Below, piece by piece: positions 1 to 6,793 of a stretch of 11,945 nucleotides of DNA. The stretch lies in IMG/VR virus record IMGVR_UViG_2681813261_000018. One strand, written 5' to 3'. Position numbers and translations under genes: made by a program. Origin of the DNA: a virus (lineage: Duplodnaviria; Heunggongvirae; Uroviricota; Caudoviricetes). Position 1 is the first letter of the stretch. Each line of letters opens with the position of its first letter. The notes under the pieces are model-generated. The model was not told the origin of the DNA. It ran no database searches and saw only the letters and a program-made list of their open reading frames with translations.

Positions 1-1
1 C

Positions 2-832
2 AACAAGCGTTTTGACGGCGTGCTGGCAAGCGAACTGGCTGACCCGCAACTGTACAAAACCTTTACTGATGCCGCTGAAGTGATTGGCGAAGCATGGGAA
101 AGCCGCGAATTTGGTAAAGCTATCCGTGAAATCATGGCATTGGCTGACCTGGCTAACCGCTATGTCGATGAACAGGCTCCGTGGGTGGTGGCGAAGCAGG
201 AAGGACGCGATGCCGATCTGCAGGCGATTTGCTCTATGGGCATTAACCTGTTCCGCGTGCTGATGACGTACCTGAAGCCGGTACTGCCGAAACTGACTGA
301 ACGTGCAGAAGCATTCCTGAATACAGAACTGACCTGGGATGGTATCCAGCAACCGCTGCTGGGCCATAAAGTAAATCCGTTCAAGGCACTGTATAACCGC
401 ATCGATATGAAGCAGGTTGAAGCACTGGTGGAAGCATCCAAAGAAGAAGTGAAAGCCACAGCCGCACCGGTAACTGGCCCACTGGCTGACGACCCGATTC
501 AGGAAACTATCACCTTTGACGACTTCGCCAAAGTTGACCTGCGCGTGGCGCTGATTGAAAACGCAGAGTTTGTAGAAGGTTCTGACAAACTGCTTCGCCT
601 GACGCTGGATCTCGGTGGTGAAAAGCGTAATGTCTTCTCAGGCATCCGTTCCGCTTATCCAGATCCACAGGCACTGATTGGTCGTCACACCATTATGGTG
701 GCTAACCTGGCACCACGTAAAATGCGCTTCGGTATCTCTGAAGGCATGGTGATGGCTGCTGGCCCCGGCGGGAAAGATATCTTCCTGTTAAGCCCGGATG
801 CTGGTGCTAAACCTGGCCACCAGGTTAAGTAA
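2..832 (+). CDS. metG: methionyl-tRNA synthetase, C-terminal fragment (5' partial; reading frame enters the window at base 2, stop TAA 830-832)
   Basis: Translation ends ...[100 protein letters not shown], which I recognise as the enterobacterial MetG C-terminal tRNA-binding domain. Frame is open from the window edge. Confidence 0.9.
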
Positions 833-851
833 TTAAACAACCTCTCTTCGC

Positions 852-880
852 AATGCCCGGCAACACGCCGGGCATTTTCA
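852..880 (+). terminator. rho-independent terminator of metG
   Basis: GC-rich inverted repeat AATGCCCGGC / GCCGGGCATT (852-861 and 867-876), 5-nt loop, followed by TTTT; 20 bp after the metG stop. Confidence 0.75.
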
Positions 881-917
881 TATAGACACAATCCCTTCTG
901 ATTTACACAGTACCTAA

Positions 918-937
918 AACAATTTGTTTTCTGCCTT
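918..937 (+). promoter_or_regulatory. conserved 20-mer AACAATTTGTTTTCTGCCTT with palindromic core AACAA-T-TTGTT (copy 1 of 2)
   Basis: Identical 20-mer recurs at 4995-5014; both copies lie between a terminator and the next plus-strand gene. Confidence 0.5.
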
Positions 938-946
938 TTGTTGATG

Positions 947-981
947 GAGATAATAAACCACATAAGAAAACAACTTGTTTT
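947..981 (+). promoter_or_regulatory. shared promoter/leader element: GATAAT (-10-like, 949-954) followed by AAGAAAACAACTTGTTTT palindrome
   Basis: Same architecture recurs upstream of the genes at 3629, 5776 and 6262, with partial versions at 2182-2209 and 4085-4100. Start codon follows 12 nt later, with GGAG at 982-985. Confidence 0.55.
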
Positions 982-993
982 GGAGTGGTTGAA

Positions 994-1293
994 ATGTTGA
1001 ACATTACCCAAGCCTACCAGGTGGCATTGATCAGCTCATCTCATACATCAGAGGAAGATGCTCGCCGATTCATGATCGCAAGCAATGAGCTGGATTGGGT
1101 TTCACAAATTGAGTACGGTTGCATTGTCCACGCAGGGTTACAGGACGATGACTGGAAAGATGAGTTGCGTCGATATGGTATATCCGAGGGCGCGATTGCG
1201 AACATTCAGAAAGTACTTGATGTAGGCTTTGACTCTGTACATTTTGATTGTGGTGCGCCGGTCGTTGAAGGGCTTGAGTGCTGGAACTGGTAA
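994..1293 (+). CDS. hypothetical small acidic protein (99 aa)
   Basis: ATG at 994 with GGAG 8 nt upstream; the track ORF begins at GTG 985. Product MLNITQAYQ... has about 17 acidic versus 6 basic residues. No family recognised. Confidence 0.6.
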   Translation: MLNITQAYQVALISSSHTSEEDARRFMIASNELDWVSQIEYGCIVHAGLQDDDWKDELRRYGISEGAIANIQKVLDVGFDSVHFDCGAPVVEGLECWNW

Positions 1294-1338
1294 CAGATAT
1301 TAAAGCATTGGTAGTTTGTTTTTAGGATTATCAAAGAA

Positions 1339-2073
1339 ATGAAAAAGTTGAAAAGTTTAGAAATCCCTGGGACTGGTTATAAATTCTTTATGGACAACGC
1401 GGAGTGTGCACCTAACGCGTTGGAAAAAATACAAAGTCTTATCAACAGCCTTACTGAAGAAGCGAAAGAACTGAAGAGCGAGGCGACAAAGGACAATACA
1501 GCTAAAATCCAATGCTTAAATCTCGTTTCTTATTGTTTATATCAAGTGTCCAAAACACTGATTAAAGGCAATATCTATTACGACGATGAAGACACCTCGA
1601 CACCTGAAGAAAAAGATAGCGATGAAGAACTCTATGAAGATATCTCTACTAGTGCGGGTCACGCTGCCTTCGATGCTATGGGTGAATCGTCAGGCATCAG
1701 ATCGTTTGTTGAACAGAACAATTCGACAATAATGATTGAGTACTGTGAACAAACAAGCTCCAAGGCCATACATGTTCTTCACGATGTTGCTGCAGGGGTT
1801 CGCTGTGAGGCTGAAGCGGTCAGAAAAGATGTATTTGGTGCAGACAGTAATACCGTGAAAGCGTTTATCAACAGTGCTCTGCTAAATTCTTACTCAAACC
1901 TTATAGTCAATGCGGCACTATGCGCAAATTCAGGTGAAGAACACATTGTCATAACTGAAACCAAACATGAGCATCAACAGTCACCAACCATAGAAGAGGT
2001 AACTGCATTGGCTATCAAACAGGCGAGTGAAATTAGTGATGAAATTCTCTCTCTGCTAAACAAAACTAAGTAA
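1339..2073 (+). CDS. hypothetical protein (244 aa) with acidic D/E-rich central segment
   Basis: ATG at 1339 with AGGA 11 nt upstream. Long open frame in AT-rich DNA; contains the stretch DDEDTSTPEEKDSDEELYED. Only 45 nt from the upstream gene with no intervening hairpin, so probably co-transcribed. Confidence 0.65.
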   Translation: MKKLKSLEIPGTGYKFFMDNAECAPNALEKIQSLINSLTEEAKELKSEATKDNTAKIQCLNLVSYCLYQVSKTLIKGNIYYDDEDTSTPEEKDSDEELYEDISTSAGHAAFDAMGESSGIRSFVEQNNSTIMIEYCEQTSSKAIHVLHDVAAGVRCEAEAVRKDVFGADSNTVKAFINSALLNSYSNLIVNAALCANSGEEHIVITETKHEHQQSPTIEEVTALAIKQASEISDEILSLLNKTK

Positions 2074-2099
2074 AACATTGATAATGGCGGTCACAATTT

Positions 2100-2119
2100 G
2101 ATTCTTTTCTATAAGAATC
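2100..2119 (+). terminator. AT-rich hairpin after the 244-aa gene (weak terminator candidate)
   Basis: GATTCTT / AAGAATC 7-bp arms with a 6-nt loop; no T-run follows. Confidence 0.3.
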
Positions 2120-2209
2120 CGTTGATCGCCACTACTCCCCTTCCATACCCGCAATCACATCCTTAAATATCAATAAGTTATAGTTGTTTATACAATCAAG
2201 AAAACAACT

Positions 2210-2940
2210 GAATAACAGATCAACGAAACATCAACGCTTTCACCCGATTTGGTCTAAAAAATTGACGTTTTCACACATCACTGCTTATACCCGTAATTCT
2301 ACGCAGCAGACAGCGCCACAGCGTCCAATTTTCACCACAGACGACCCAACACACTACCAACAAAAACACACGCTCAAAATCGCTCCCGTTGCGTTACACA
2401 ACCATATAAACAACTTATTTTCAGGCATAACAAAACAACTAAATAACACACATGCCATTCCCCAAAACAACCAACCTCTTTATGTCAGGCTACCGAAAAG
2501 ACCCACCTCTTCTCCCCAGGCTACCGGACAACCAACCTAACTTTCACAGGCAATCCGAAAACATTCATACGCGCGATACCCACGACACGCCATTACCCAA
2601 ACAGCGAAGAAACATCAGAATCACTGAAACCCCAACGAAGCCTGTAACCGCAAGGTTTCTCTCAATCCCTAAAGACACGAAACATAACAATCACGGGAAA
2701 CGCCATTACCCAATACACGAATAACTACAAAAGCCTTTCACACACTCCAGACAAACAACTCAAACACAATAACGAAAGGAATCGCCCACCTGCCATTACT
2801 CCATACACGGAGAAGAACAATCACCAAAACGACGAGAACACCCCATAGAAGAACCACCGCAAAACTAACGAAACCACATACACCGACAGGGAAAACAACA
2901 CACCCAATTCACCAACAGAAATAGTCGCCGTATAGAGCGT
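2210..2940 (+). other. A+C-rich, G-poor non-coding tract of about 730 bp with degenerate internal repeats
   Basis: Counting by eye in 60-nt blocks gives about 5-18 percent G and about 75-80 percent A+C on the plus strand. GCCATTACCCAA-type motifs recur near 2454, 2590, 2702 and 2791. The track ORFs here are proline/threonine-rich and lack ribosome-binding sites. Confidence 0.5.
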
Positions 2941-3134
2941 TCTGGAAGGAGTGAGCATTAACGCCTATAGAGAGGTTGAGACAGATAAAACACGAAGAAA
3001 ACACAACATGTATAGCGAACAAGACAGGTATGTATAAGTGGGGAGGGAATGAGGGGTGTCGCCTCCTTTTTCGTATTTATTCAACTCCTGATTTTATCCC
3101 CCGTAACACCCCTACGGTCAGCCTTCGGTCCATA

Positions 3135-3265
3135 CAGGGAAAAGGTTGCATCCCGCTACAGAAACGGCTGGGTTGCCTTCGGGGAACGGCTGGGGATTTT
3201 CAGGGAAACGGTCGAGTTGCCTGTGTGGATTTCGGGAAAAGGCTCGATGCCGGTTCAGAAACGGC
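3135..3265. repeat. iteron-like direct repeat cluster 1 (core GGGAAACGGC / CAGAAACGGC; full unit about 22 bp)
   Basis: Core copies start near 3135, 3158, 3181, 3201, 3233 and 3256, spaced 20-32 bp. Extended units CTGGGGATTTTCAGGGAAACGG (3190-3211) and GTGTGGATTTCGGGAAAAGGC (3222-3243). Confidence 0.55.
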
Positions 3266-3584
3266 GGCGTACCGGTATAGCGAGAGGGAGAGTTGCGGCT
3301 GTCCACCTGTAATGTGCGGGAAGAAGAGAGGCGCTCACGTGCAGGCGAACTTACTTACCGCTGGATTCCCTCTGAATGCCCAGCTACAGCGTAATTGTGC
3401 CAGACAGTCAGCGGGTCACAATCGATTTCAGTAGGTTTTCGGGGAGAGGATTATTCTGCCCACCAGCCACCTTCGGCCACTAAATCAGAATAATGTAAAA
3501 AGTGTACTCGGTACTGAACCTGAAAACTCACTGCCAAAACCACATTCACCGGAATAAAATCCTTTTTCGCCTGTGCGTTATTGC

Positions 3585-3616
3585 GATAATAACACCATCA
3601 AGAAAACATGTTGTTT
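3585..3616 (+). promoter_or_regulatory. shared promoter/leader element (GATAAT + AACACCATCAAGAAAACATGTTGTTT)
   Basis: Matches the elements at 947-981, 5725-5757 and 6209-6240. The ATG at 3608 sits inside the conserved palindrome and is therefore not taken as the gene start. Confidence 0.55.
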
Positions 3617-3628
3617 AAGGATTGCTTT

Positions 3629-3958
3629 ATGTTTGCAAATATCGACATCAACCAAATCAAGAAATTAACTCAAAAAGAGTTTGATCAGTTTTATGAGTTA
3701 GAAGGTTGGTCTTCCACTCTGATCAATTCGCGGTGGGTGCTTGAGCTGATGACTCGTGATGACGCACCTGCTTTGATGATTTGCGACATGGGTGAAGATG
3801 CTGACTTTATGGATATGAGCGAATTTTGTGTGGACACATACAACCGCAGCCAGAAGTACTACTTCACATGCGATAGCGAGAATGATGTTATTTCTAAGGT
3901 CTATCTTCACCTTGTCCAGCATTGGGACGTTCAGGAGTTTCTTGAAGTATTCGCGTAA
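3629..3958 (+). CDS. hypothetical protein (109 aa)
   Basis: ATG at 3629 with AAGGA 7 nt upstream. Product MFANIDINQIKKLTQKEFDQFYELEGW...; no family recognised. Confidence 0.6.
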   Translation: MFANIDINQIKKLTQKEFDQFYELEGWSSTLINSRWVLELMTRDDAPALMICDMGEDADFMDMSEFCVDTYNRSQKYYFTCDSENDVISKVYLHLVQHWDVQEFLEVFA

Positions 3959-3967
3959 TCCCAACCA

Positions 3968-3986
3968 AAGCCAGCAATGCTGGCTT
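3968..3986 (+). terminator. hairpin of the CCAGCAATGCTGG family (no T-run)
   Basis: AAGCCAGCAATGCTGGCTT lies 10 bp after the stop codon; its core is related to the hairpins at 5592-5615 and 6063-6086. Confidence 0.35.
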
Positions 3987-4084
3987 AACTTAATCTGTAG
4001 CCGCAGGGAAGAACCTGCATATCGCTCATGCACCTGATCAATATGCTTTGTAGCCGTTTTCTTACTGGTATTATTTACGCCATT

Positions 4085-4100
4085 GAGAAAACAAGTTGTT
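4085..4100 (+). promoter_or_regulatory. partial leader palindrome GAGAAAACAAGTTGTTT
   Basis: AACAA-G-TTGTT core upstream of the 4113 start; a TATTAT -10-like hexamer lies at 4069-4074. Confidence 0.4.
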
Positions 4101-4112
4101 TACGGAGTTGTG

Positions 4113-4424
4113 ATGAAAAAATCATTGGTTCTTGGTCTGGACAAAGACCAGAAGAGAAAAGAGAAGCCTGCGCTGGTTGCTCAATTAACTTTGCTGGACA
4201 TCGTTGCCAATGGAACCTCTATTCGTCTGTTCCGTGAAACGGCGGTGTCTTTCGATAAAAACACATTTACTCGTTATGTAATGAATGTTCGTCGCCAGCG
4301 TGGAAAAGGCTGGGTGGCATTTCAAAGAATGTGGCCGGAACATCAGCTCGAACTGGCTTTGATGGAAGTTAACCGCGTGGCCCAGCAAGAGATTCAGAGA
4401 GCATCAGTGATGGCAATAGCCTGA
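4113..4424 (+). CDS. hypothetical basic protein (103 aa)
   Basis: ATG at 4113 with GGAG 5 nt upstream; the track ORF starts at TTG 4083. Product MKKSLVLGLDKDQKRKEKPALVAQ... A strong terminator follows. Confidence 0.6.
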   Translation: MKKSLVLGLDKDQKRKEKPALVAQLTLLDIVANGTSIRLFRETAVSFDKNTFTRYVMNVRRQRGKGWVAFQRMWPEHQLELALMEVNRVAQQEIQRASVMAIA

Positions 4425-4458
4425 TAATGTGCAAGTGGTAATTAGTCGACCGTACGAC

Positions 4459-4488
4459 AGCCCCGCCATCCTTACGGGGCTTTTTTTT
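4459..4488 (+). terminator. rho-independent terminator
   Basis: AGCCCCG / CGGGGCT stem (4459-4465 and 4475-4481) with a 9-nt loop, followed by a run of eight T. Confidence 0.85.
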
Positions 4489-4491
4489 GTA

Positions 4492-4520
4492 TTGTAAGTA
4501 CATACTTACGATCATAGAAT
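4492..4520 (+). promoter_or_regulatory. sigma70-like promoter TTGTAA-17-TAGAAT with palindrome GTAAGTA-CA-TACTTAC in the spacer
   Basis: -35 at 4492-4497 and -10 at 4515-4520 with exactly 17 bp between them. The 7-bp-arm palindrome at 4494-4509 overlaps the -35 and spacer, the position expected for a repressor operator. Confidence 0.6.
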
Positions 4521-4552
4521 ATAAAAATAACCAAAACACTACGGAGAGTGAA

Positions 4553-4948
4553 ATGACCGTTAAACGCGAAAAACTGACAGTTGATGTTTACTATGCCTCT
4601 GAAACCGCCGAAGGTAAGAATGTGGCAAAAATCACCGTTGTTACGTACAACACCGAAACTGGTGCCGAAGTCCAGGCCAGTACGATCGTGCGTAAAGGTG
4701 ATGCCTCCGGCGGCGAGTACGCGACTCAATACCAGTCTATTTTCGATGCAACTGACCCGCTGCTGCTGAAAATCGAGAACTACTTCCGCCAGGTTGATGA
4801 AGAGGTGTTTGAAACCATGATGAATATGGTTGACACCGTATTCGCCTCCAGCCTGAATACCAACACTACCTGGATTGGTCAGTACGGTCTGCGCATTACC
4901 TCTGGCATTCCTGCCGACACCTTAATCCCTGAAAGCGTATTCGCTTAA
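4553..4948 (+). CDS. hypothetical protein (131 aa)
   Basis: ATG at 4553 with GGAGA 5 nt upstream; the track ORF starts at TTG 4487. Product MTVKREKLTVDVYYASETAEGKNVAKITVVTYNTETGAEVQ... Confidence 0.65.
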   Translation: MTVKREKLTVDVYYASETAEGKNVAKITVVTYNTETGAEVQASTIVRKGDASGGEYATQYQSIFDATDPLLLKIENYFRQVDEEVFETMMNMVDTVFASSLNTNTTWIGQYGLRITSGIPADTLIPESVFA

Positions 4949-4957
4949 TCCTCTTTA

Positions 4958-4985
4958 AATGGCGCGTAAACCGCGCCATTTTATT
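4958..4985 (+). terminator. rho-independent terminator
   Basis: AATGGCGCG / CGCGCCATT 9-bp stem with a 5-nt loop, followed by TTATT. Confidence 0.75.
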
Positions 4986-4994
4986 AAGCCCGAT

Positions 4995-5014
4995 AACAAT
5001 TTGTTTTCTGCCTT
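4995..5014 (+). promoter_or_regulatory. conserved 20-mer AACAATTTGTTTTCTGCCTT (copy 2 of 2)
   Basis: Identical to 918-937; preceded by CGAT, which gives a GATAAC -10-like hexamer. Confidence 0.5.
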
Positions 5015-5065
5015 ATCTGATTTGTGAAAATGATTTCACTGAAGCAACTTAATAAGGAAACCATC

Positions 5066-5440
5066 ATGGGACTTGATATCTATATCGAGACACAGCCTAA
5101 AAACGATCTGAATAACGAGGCATCCAGAAAGCGGGTTGCTTACTTCCGTAAGTTCAATGCGCTCGTTGGGTGGATGGAGCGCAACGTAGGTGAAGTCGAA
5201 AATTGTGAGCTTTTAGAATTAACGATGAATGACATTTGTTTTCTGAAGGCTCATTTGATGCACATAAACGAAAGCAATTGCGAAGAGTACTTGCCTACCC
5301 GGGAAGGTTTTTTCTTCGGCAGTCAGGAGTACGATGAAGGTTACTGGCATGATGTGGGGGAGTTGAAAGAGCTTGTGGAAGATCTGATTAAGAACCACGA
5401 CTTTCACAATAACAGACTGACCTTCTGCGCCTGGTGGTAA
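5066..5440 (+). CDS. hypothetical protein (124 aa)
   Basis: ATG at 5066 with AAGGAA 7 nt upstream; the track ORF starts at GTG 5024. Product MGLDIYIETQPKNDLNNEASRKRVAYF... Confidence 0.6.
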   Translation: MGLDIYIETQPKNDLNNEASRKRVAYFRKFNALVGWMERNVGEVENCELLELTMNDICFLKAHLMHINESNCEEYLPTREGFFFGSQEYDEGYWHDVGELKELVEDLIKNHDFHNNRLTFCAWW

Positions 5441-5442
5441 AT

Positions 5443-5586
5443 ATGGGCGATTTCAAGAAACGCCTGAAGGAGAGAGCCGAGATGGTCAGAAAGCGAAACG
5501 CCTCTTCTGTCATCAGATACGCAAGGCAGTTTAGTCGCAACAACAAATCAGTTGAGGAAAAGATCCTTAGCGTAATCGGGCGATAA
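5443..5586 (+). CDS. possible small basic protein (47 aa), translationally coupled to the upstream gene
   Basis: ATG lies 2 nt after the upstream TAA, with GGTGG 5 nt upstream. Product MGDFKKRLKERAEMVRKRNASSVIRYARQFSRNNKSVEEKILSVIGR. Not in the ORF track (short), and rich in rare Arg codons. Confidence 0.35.
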   Translation: MGDFKKRLKERAEMVRKRNASSVIRYARQFSRNNKSVEEKILSVIGR

Positions 5587-5591
5587 TTATT

Positions 5592-5615
5592 AAGACCACC
5601 AGCATTGGTGGTCTT
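5592..5615 (+). terminator. perfect 10-bp-stem hairpin AAGACCACCA-GCAT-TGGTGGTCTT
   Basis: Immediately after the 5586 stop. Inverted-orientation relative of the hairpin at 6063-6086; followed by the shared flank AAATGAC. Confidence 0.5.
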
Positions 5616-5724
5616 AAATGACTTTTAATAACCGAAGGTTAGTTTGAAACCTGGCTATCAACCTCCAGAACCTTTCTTGTGTATTCAGCCTGTATTAACT
5701 TCTTTTATGCCTTATCTACACTGC

Positions 5725-5757
5725 GATAATTACACCAACAAGAAAACAACATGTTTA
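5725..5757 (+). promoter_or_regulatory. shared promoter/leader element (GATAAT + TACACCAACAAGAAAACAACATGTTT)
   Basis: GATAAT at 5725-5730. Near-identical to 3585-3616 and 6209-6240. Confidence 0.55.
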
Positions 5758-5775
5758 CGCAGTGAGGATATGCTC

Positions 5776-6057
5776 ATGACTGATTTCACCATTACCCCTA
5801 AAGCACAAAATGTATTTCTTGAATCATGGCTGGACTTGCCGGAAACAGAACAGCAAGAAATGGATCATGTGGATTATGACGAGCAGGTAAGCACGCGATT
5901 CTTCCACTTTGAGGGCTGCGTTTACGACATTGCCGACTTCATGCGAGATGACCGCTTCCCTGAATGGCACGCAAGCTATCCACTAAACGCCTTTGCCATG
6001 CTGATGATCCGTGTGGATGATTCAGGGGATACCATCGACATCGGTCTGCTCCACTAA
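5776..6057 (+). CDS. hypothetical small acidic protein (93 aa)
   Basis: ATG at 5776 with GAGGA 7 nt upstream; the track ORF starts at TTG 5644. About 20 acidic versus 5 basic residues. Confidence 0.6.
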   Translation: MTDFTITPKAQNVFLESWLDLPETEQQEMDHVDYDEQVSTRFFHFEGCVYDIADFMRDDRFPEWHASYPLNAFAMLMIRVDDSGDTIDIGLLH

Positions 6058-6062
6058 AGATT

Positions 6063-6086
6063 AAGGCCACCAATGCTGGTGGCCTT
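6063..6086 (+). terminator. perfect 10-bp-stem hairpin AAGGCCACCA-ATGC-TGGTGGCCTT
   Basis: 5 bp after the stop codon; followed by AAATGAC as at 5616. Confidence 0.5.
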
Positions 6087-6120
6087 AAATGACCATCCTG
6101 TTTCCCGCAGGCTAAAAACA

Positions 6121-6190
6121 CCAACCTCTTACCTCCAGGCAACCGATAAACCCACCTGTTCCCGTCCGGCTACCGCAACTTTCCACTTTG
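6121..6190 (+). repeat. about 70-bp intergenic repeat, copy B (copy A at about 2471-2547)
   Basis: Shares CCAACCTCTT, CAGGC-ACCGA-AA, CCCACCT and GGCTACCG blocks, in the same order, with 2471-2547. Confidence 0.45.
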
Positions 6191-6240
6191 ACGCCTTATT
6201 CGTACAACGATAATTAACACCAACAAGAAAACAATTTGTT
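6188..6240 (+). promoter_or_regulatory. promoter TTGACG (-35) - 15 bp - GATAAT (-10) followed by the shared leader ACACCAACAAGAAAACAATTTGTT
   Basis: -35 at 6188-6193, -10 at 6209-6214; leader palindrome AACAA-T-TTGTT. Confidence 0.55.
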
Positions 6241-6261
6241 ATTTACGATAAGGAAATAATC

Positions 6262-6744
6262 ATGAATTTTATCGCTACTGTAAACGCACCCGCACATGGC
6301 AATATCGCTGTAACGTTCTCTGACATTGAAAAACGAGTACTTGGTGCATGGCGCGACAATGAGACGGTAGAACTGTCAGCACAAGAAAAATGCATTATTG
6401 CACGCGACATCATTGGCAATCGTCGTTACTCGCGGGTATTTGAGAAAGCGTATGTGGTAAATTCTGGATTCGGAACGTTCGTCTTTCCGGTGCGCTCCGG
6501 GCGATTCTGCCAGTCCAAGCTGATTGAGTTCGCTACGCAGATTTCTGTCTGGATTAAAACTCAATCGTCGTTCAAATTTTCCGACGATGAAGCAGTATCG
6601 CAGGGGATGCGGATCGCCAACAATGCGATTAAATGCAAAAACATTACGTATACCGCTGGCGTTGATACATGGAAACTGTTTTGCGCTAACTTTATGCTGA
6701 ATGTATACGCAAGCAACCGCATCCACATCCTTGATGGCGTGTAA
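6262..6744 (+). CDS. hypothetical protein (160 aa)
   Basis: ATG at 6262 with AAGGA 7 nt upstream. Product MNFIATVNAPAHGNIAVTFSDIEKRVLGAWRDNETVELS... Confidence 0.7.
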   Translation: MNFIATVNAPAHGNIAVTFSDIEKRVLGAWRDNETVELSAQEKCIIARDIIGNRRYSRVFEKAYVVNSGFGTFVFPVRSGRFCQSKLIEFATQISVWIKTQSSFKFSDDEAVSQGMRIANNAIKCKNITYTAGVDTWKLFCANFMLNVYASNRIHILDGV

Positions 6745-6746
6745 CT

Positions 6747-6776
6747 GAGAAGAGGGCCAGAAACGGCCCTTTCTCT
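6747..6776 (+). terminator. terminator-like hairpin
   Basis: AGGGCC / GGCCCT stem with a 6-nt loop, followed by TTTCTCT. Confidence 0.5.
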
Positions 6777-6793
6777 ATAGCCACCAGCTGCCG

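Noticed and set aside
160-1011. Minus-strand ORFs 160-459 and 685-1011
   Set aside because: Antisense shadow ORFs within or overlapping metG and its terminator.
2184-2724. Track ORFs 2184-2540 and 2452-2724 (Pro/Thr/Gln-rich products)
   Set aside because: They lie in the G-poor low-complexity tract, overlap in different frames, lack ribosome-binding sites, and have composition-driven amino acid content; more likely non-coding.
3135-3265. Direct repeats considered as a CRISPR array
   Set aside because: Repeat cores are only about 10-22 bp, imperfect and irregularly spaced (20-32 bp); no spacers of uniform length and no cas genes.
2976-3434. Track ORFs 2976-3434, 3049-3312 and 3118-3306 (minus)
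   Set aside because: Mutually overlapping frames across the iteron-like repeats; products are Arg/Gly/Cys-rich and not protein-like; no convincing start context.
3608-3610. ATG at 3608 as the start of the 3629-3958 gene (the track start)
   Set aside because: This ATG lies inside the conserved leader palindrome AAAACATGTTGTTT and has no ribosome-binding site; the ATG at 3629 has AAGGA at the correct spacing.
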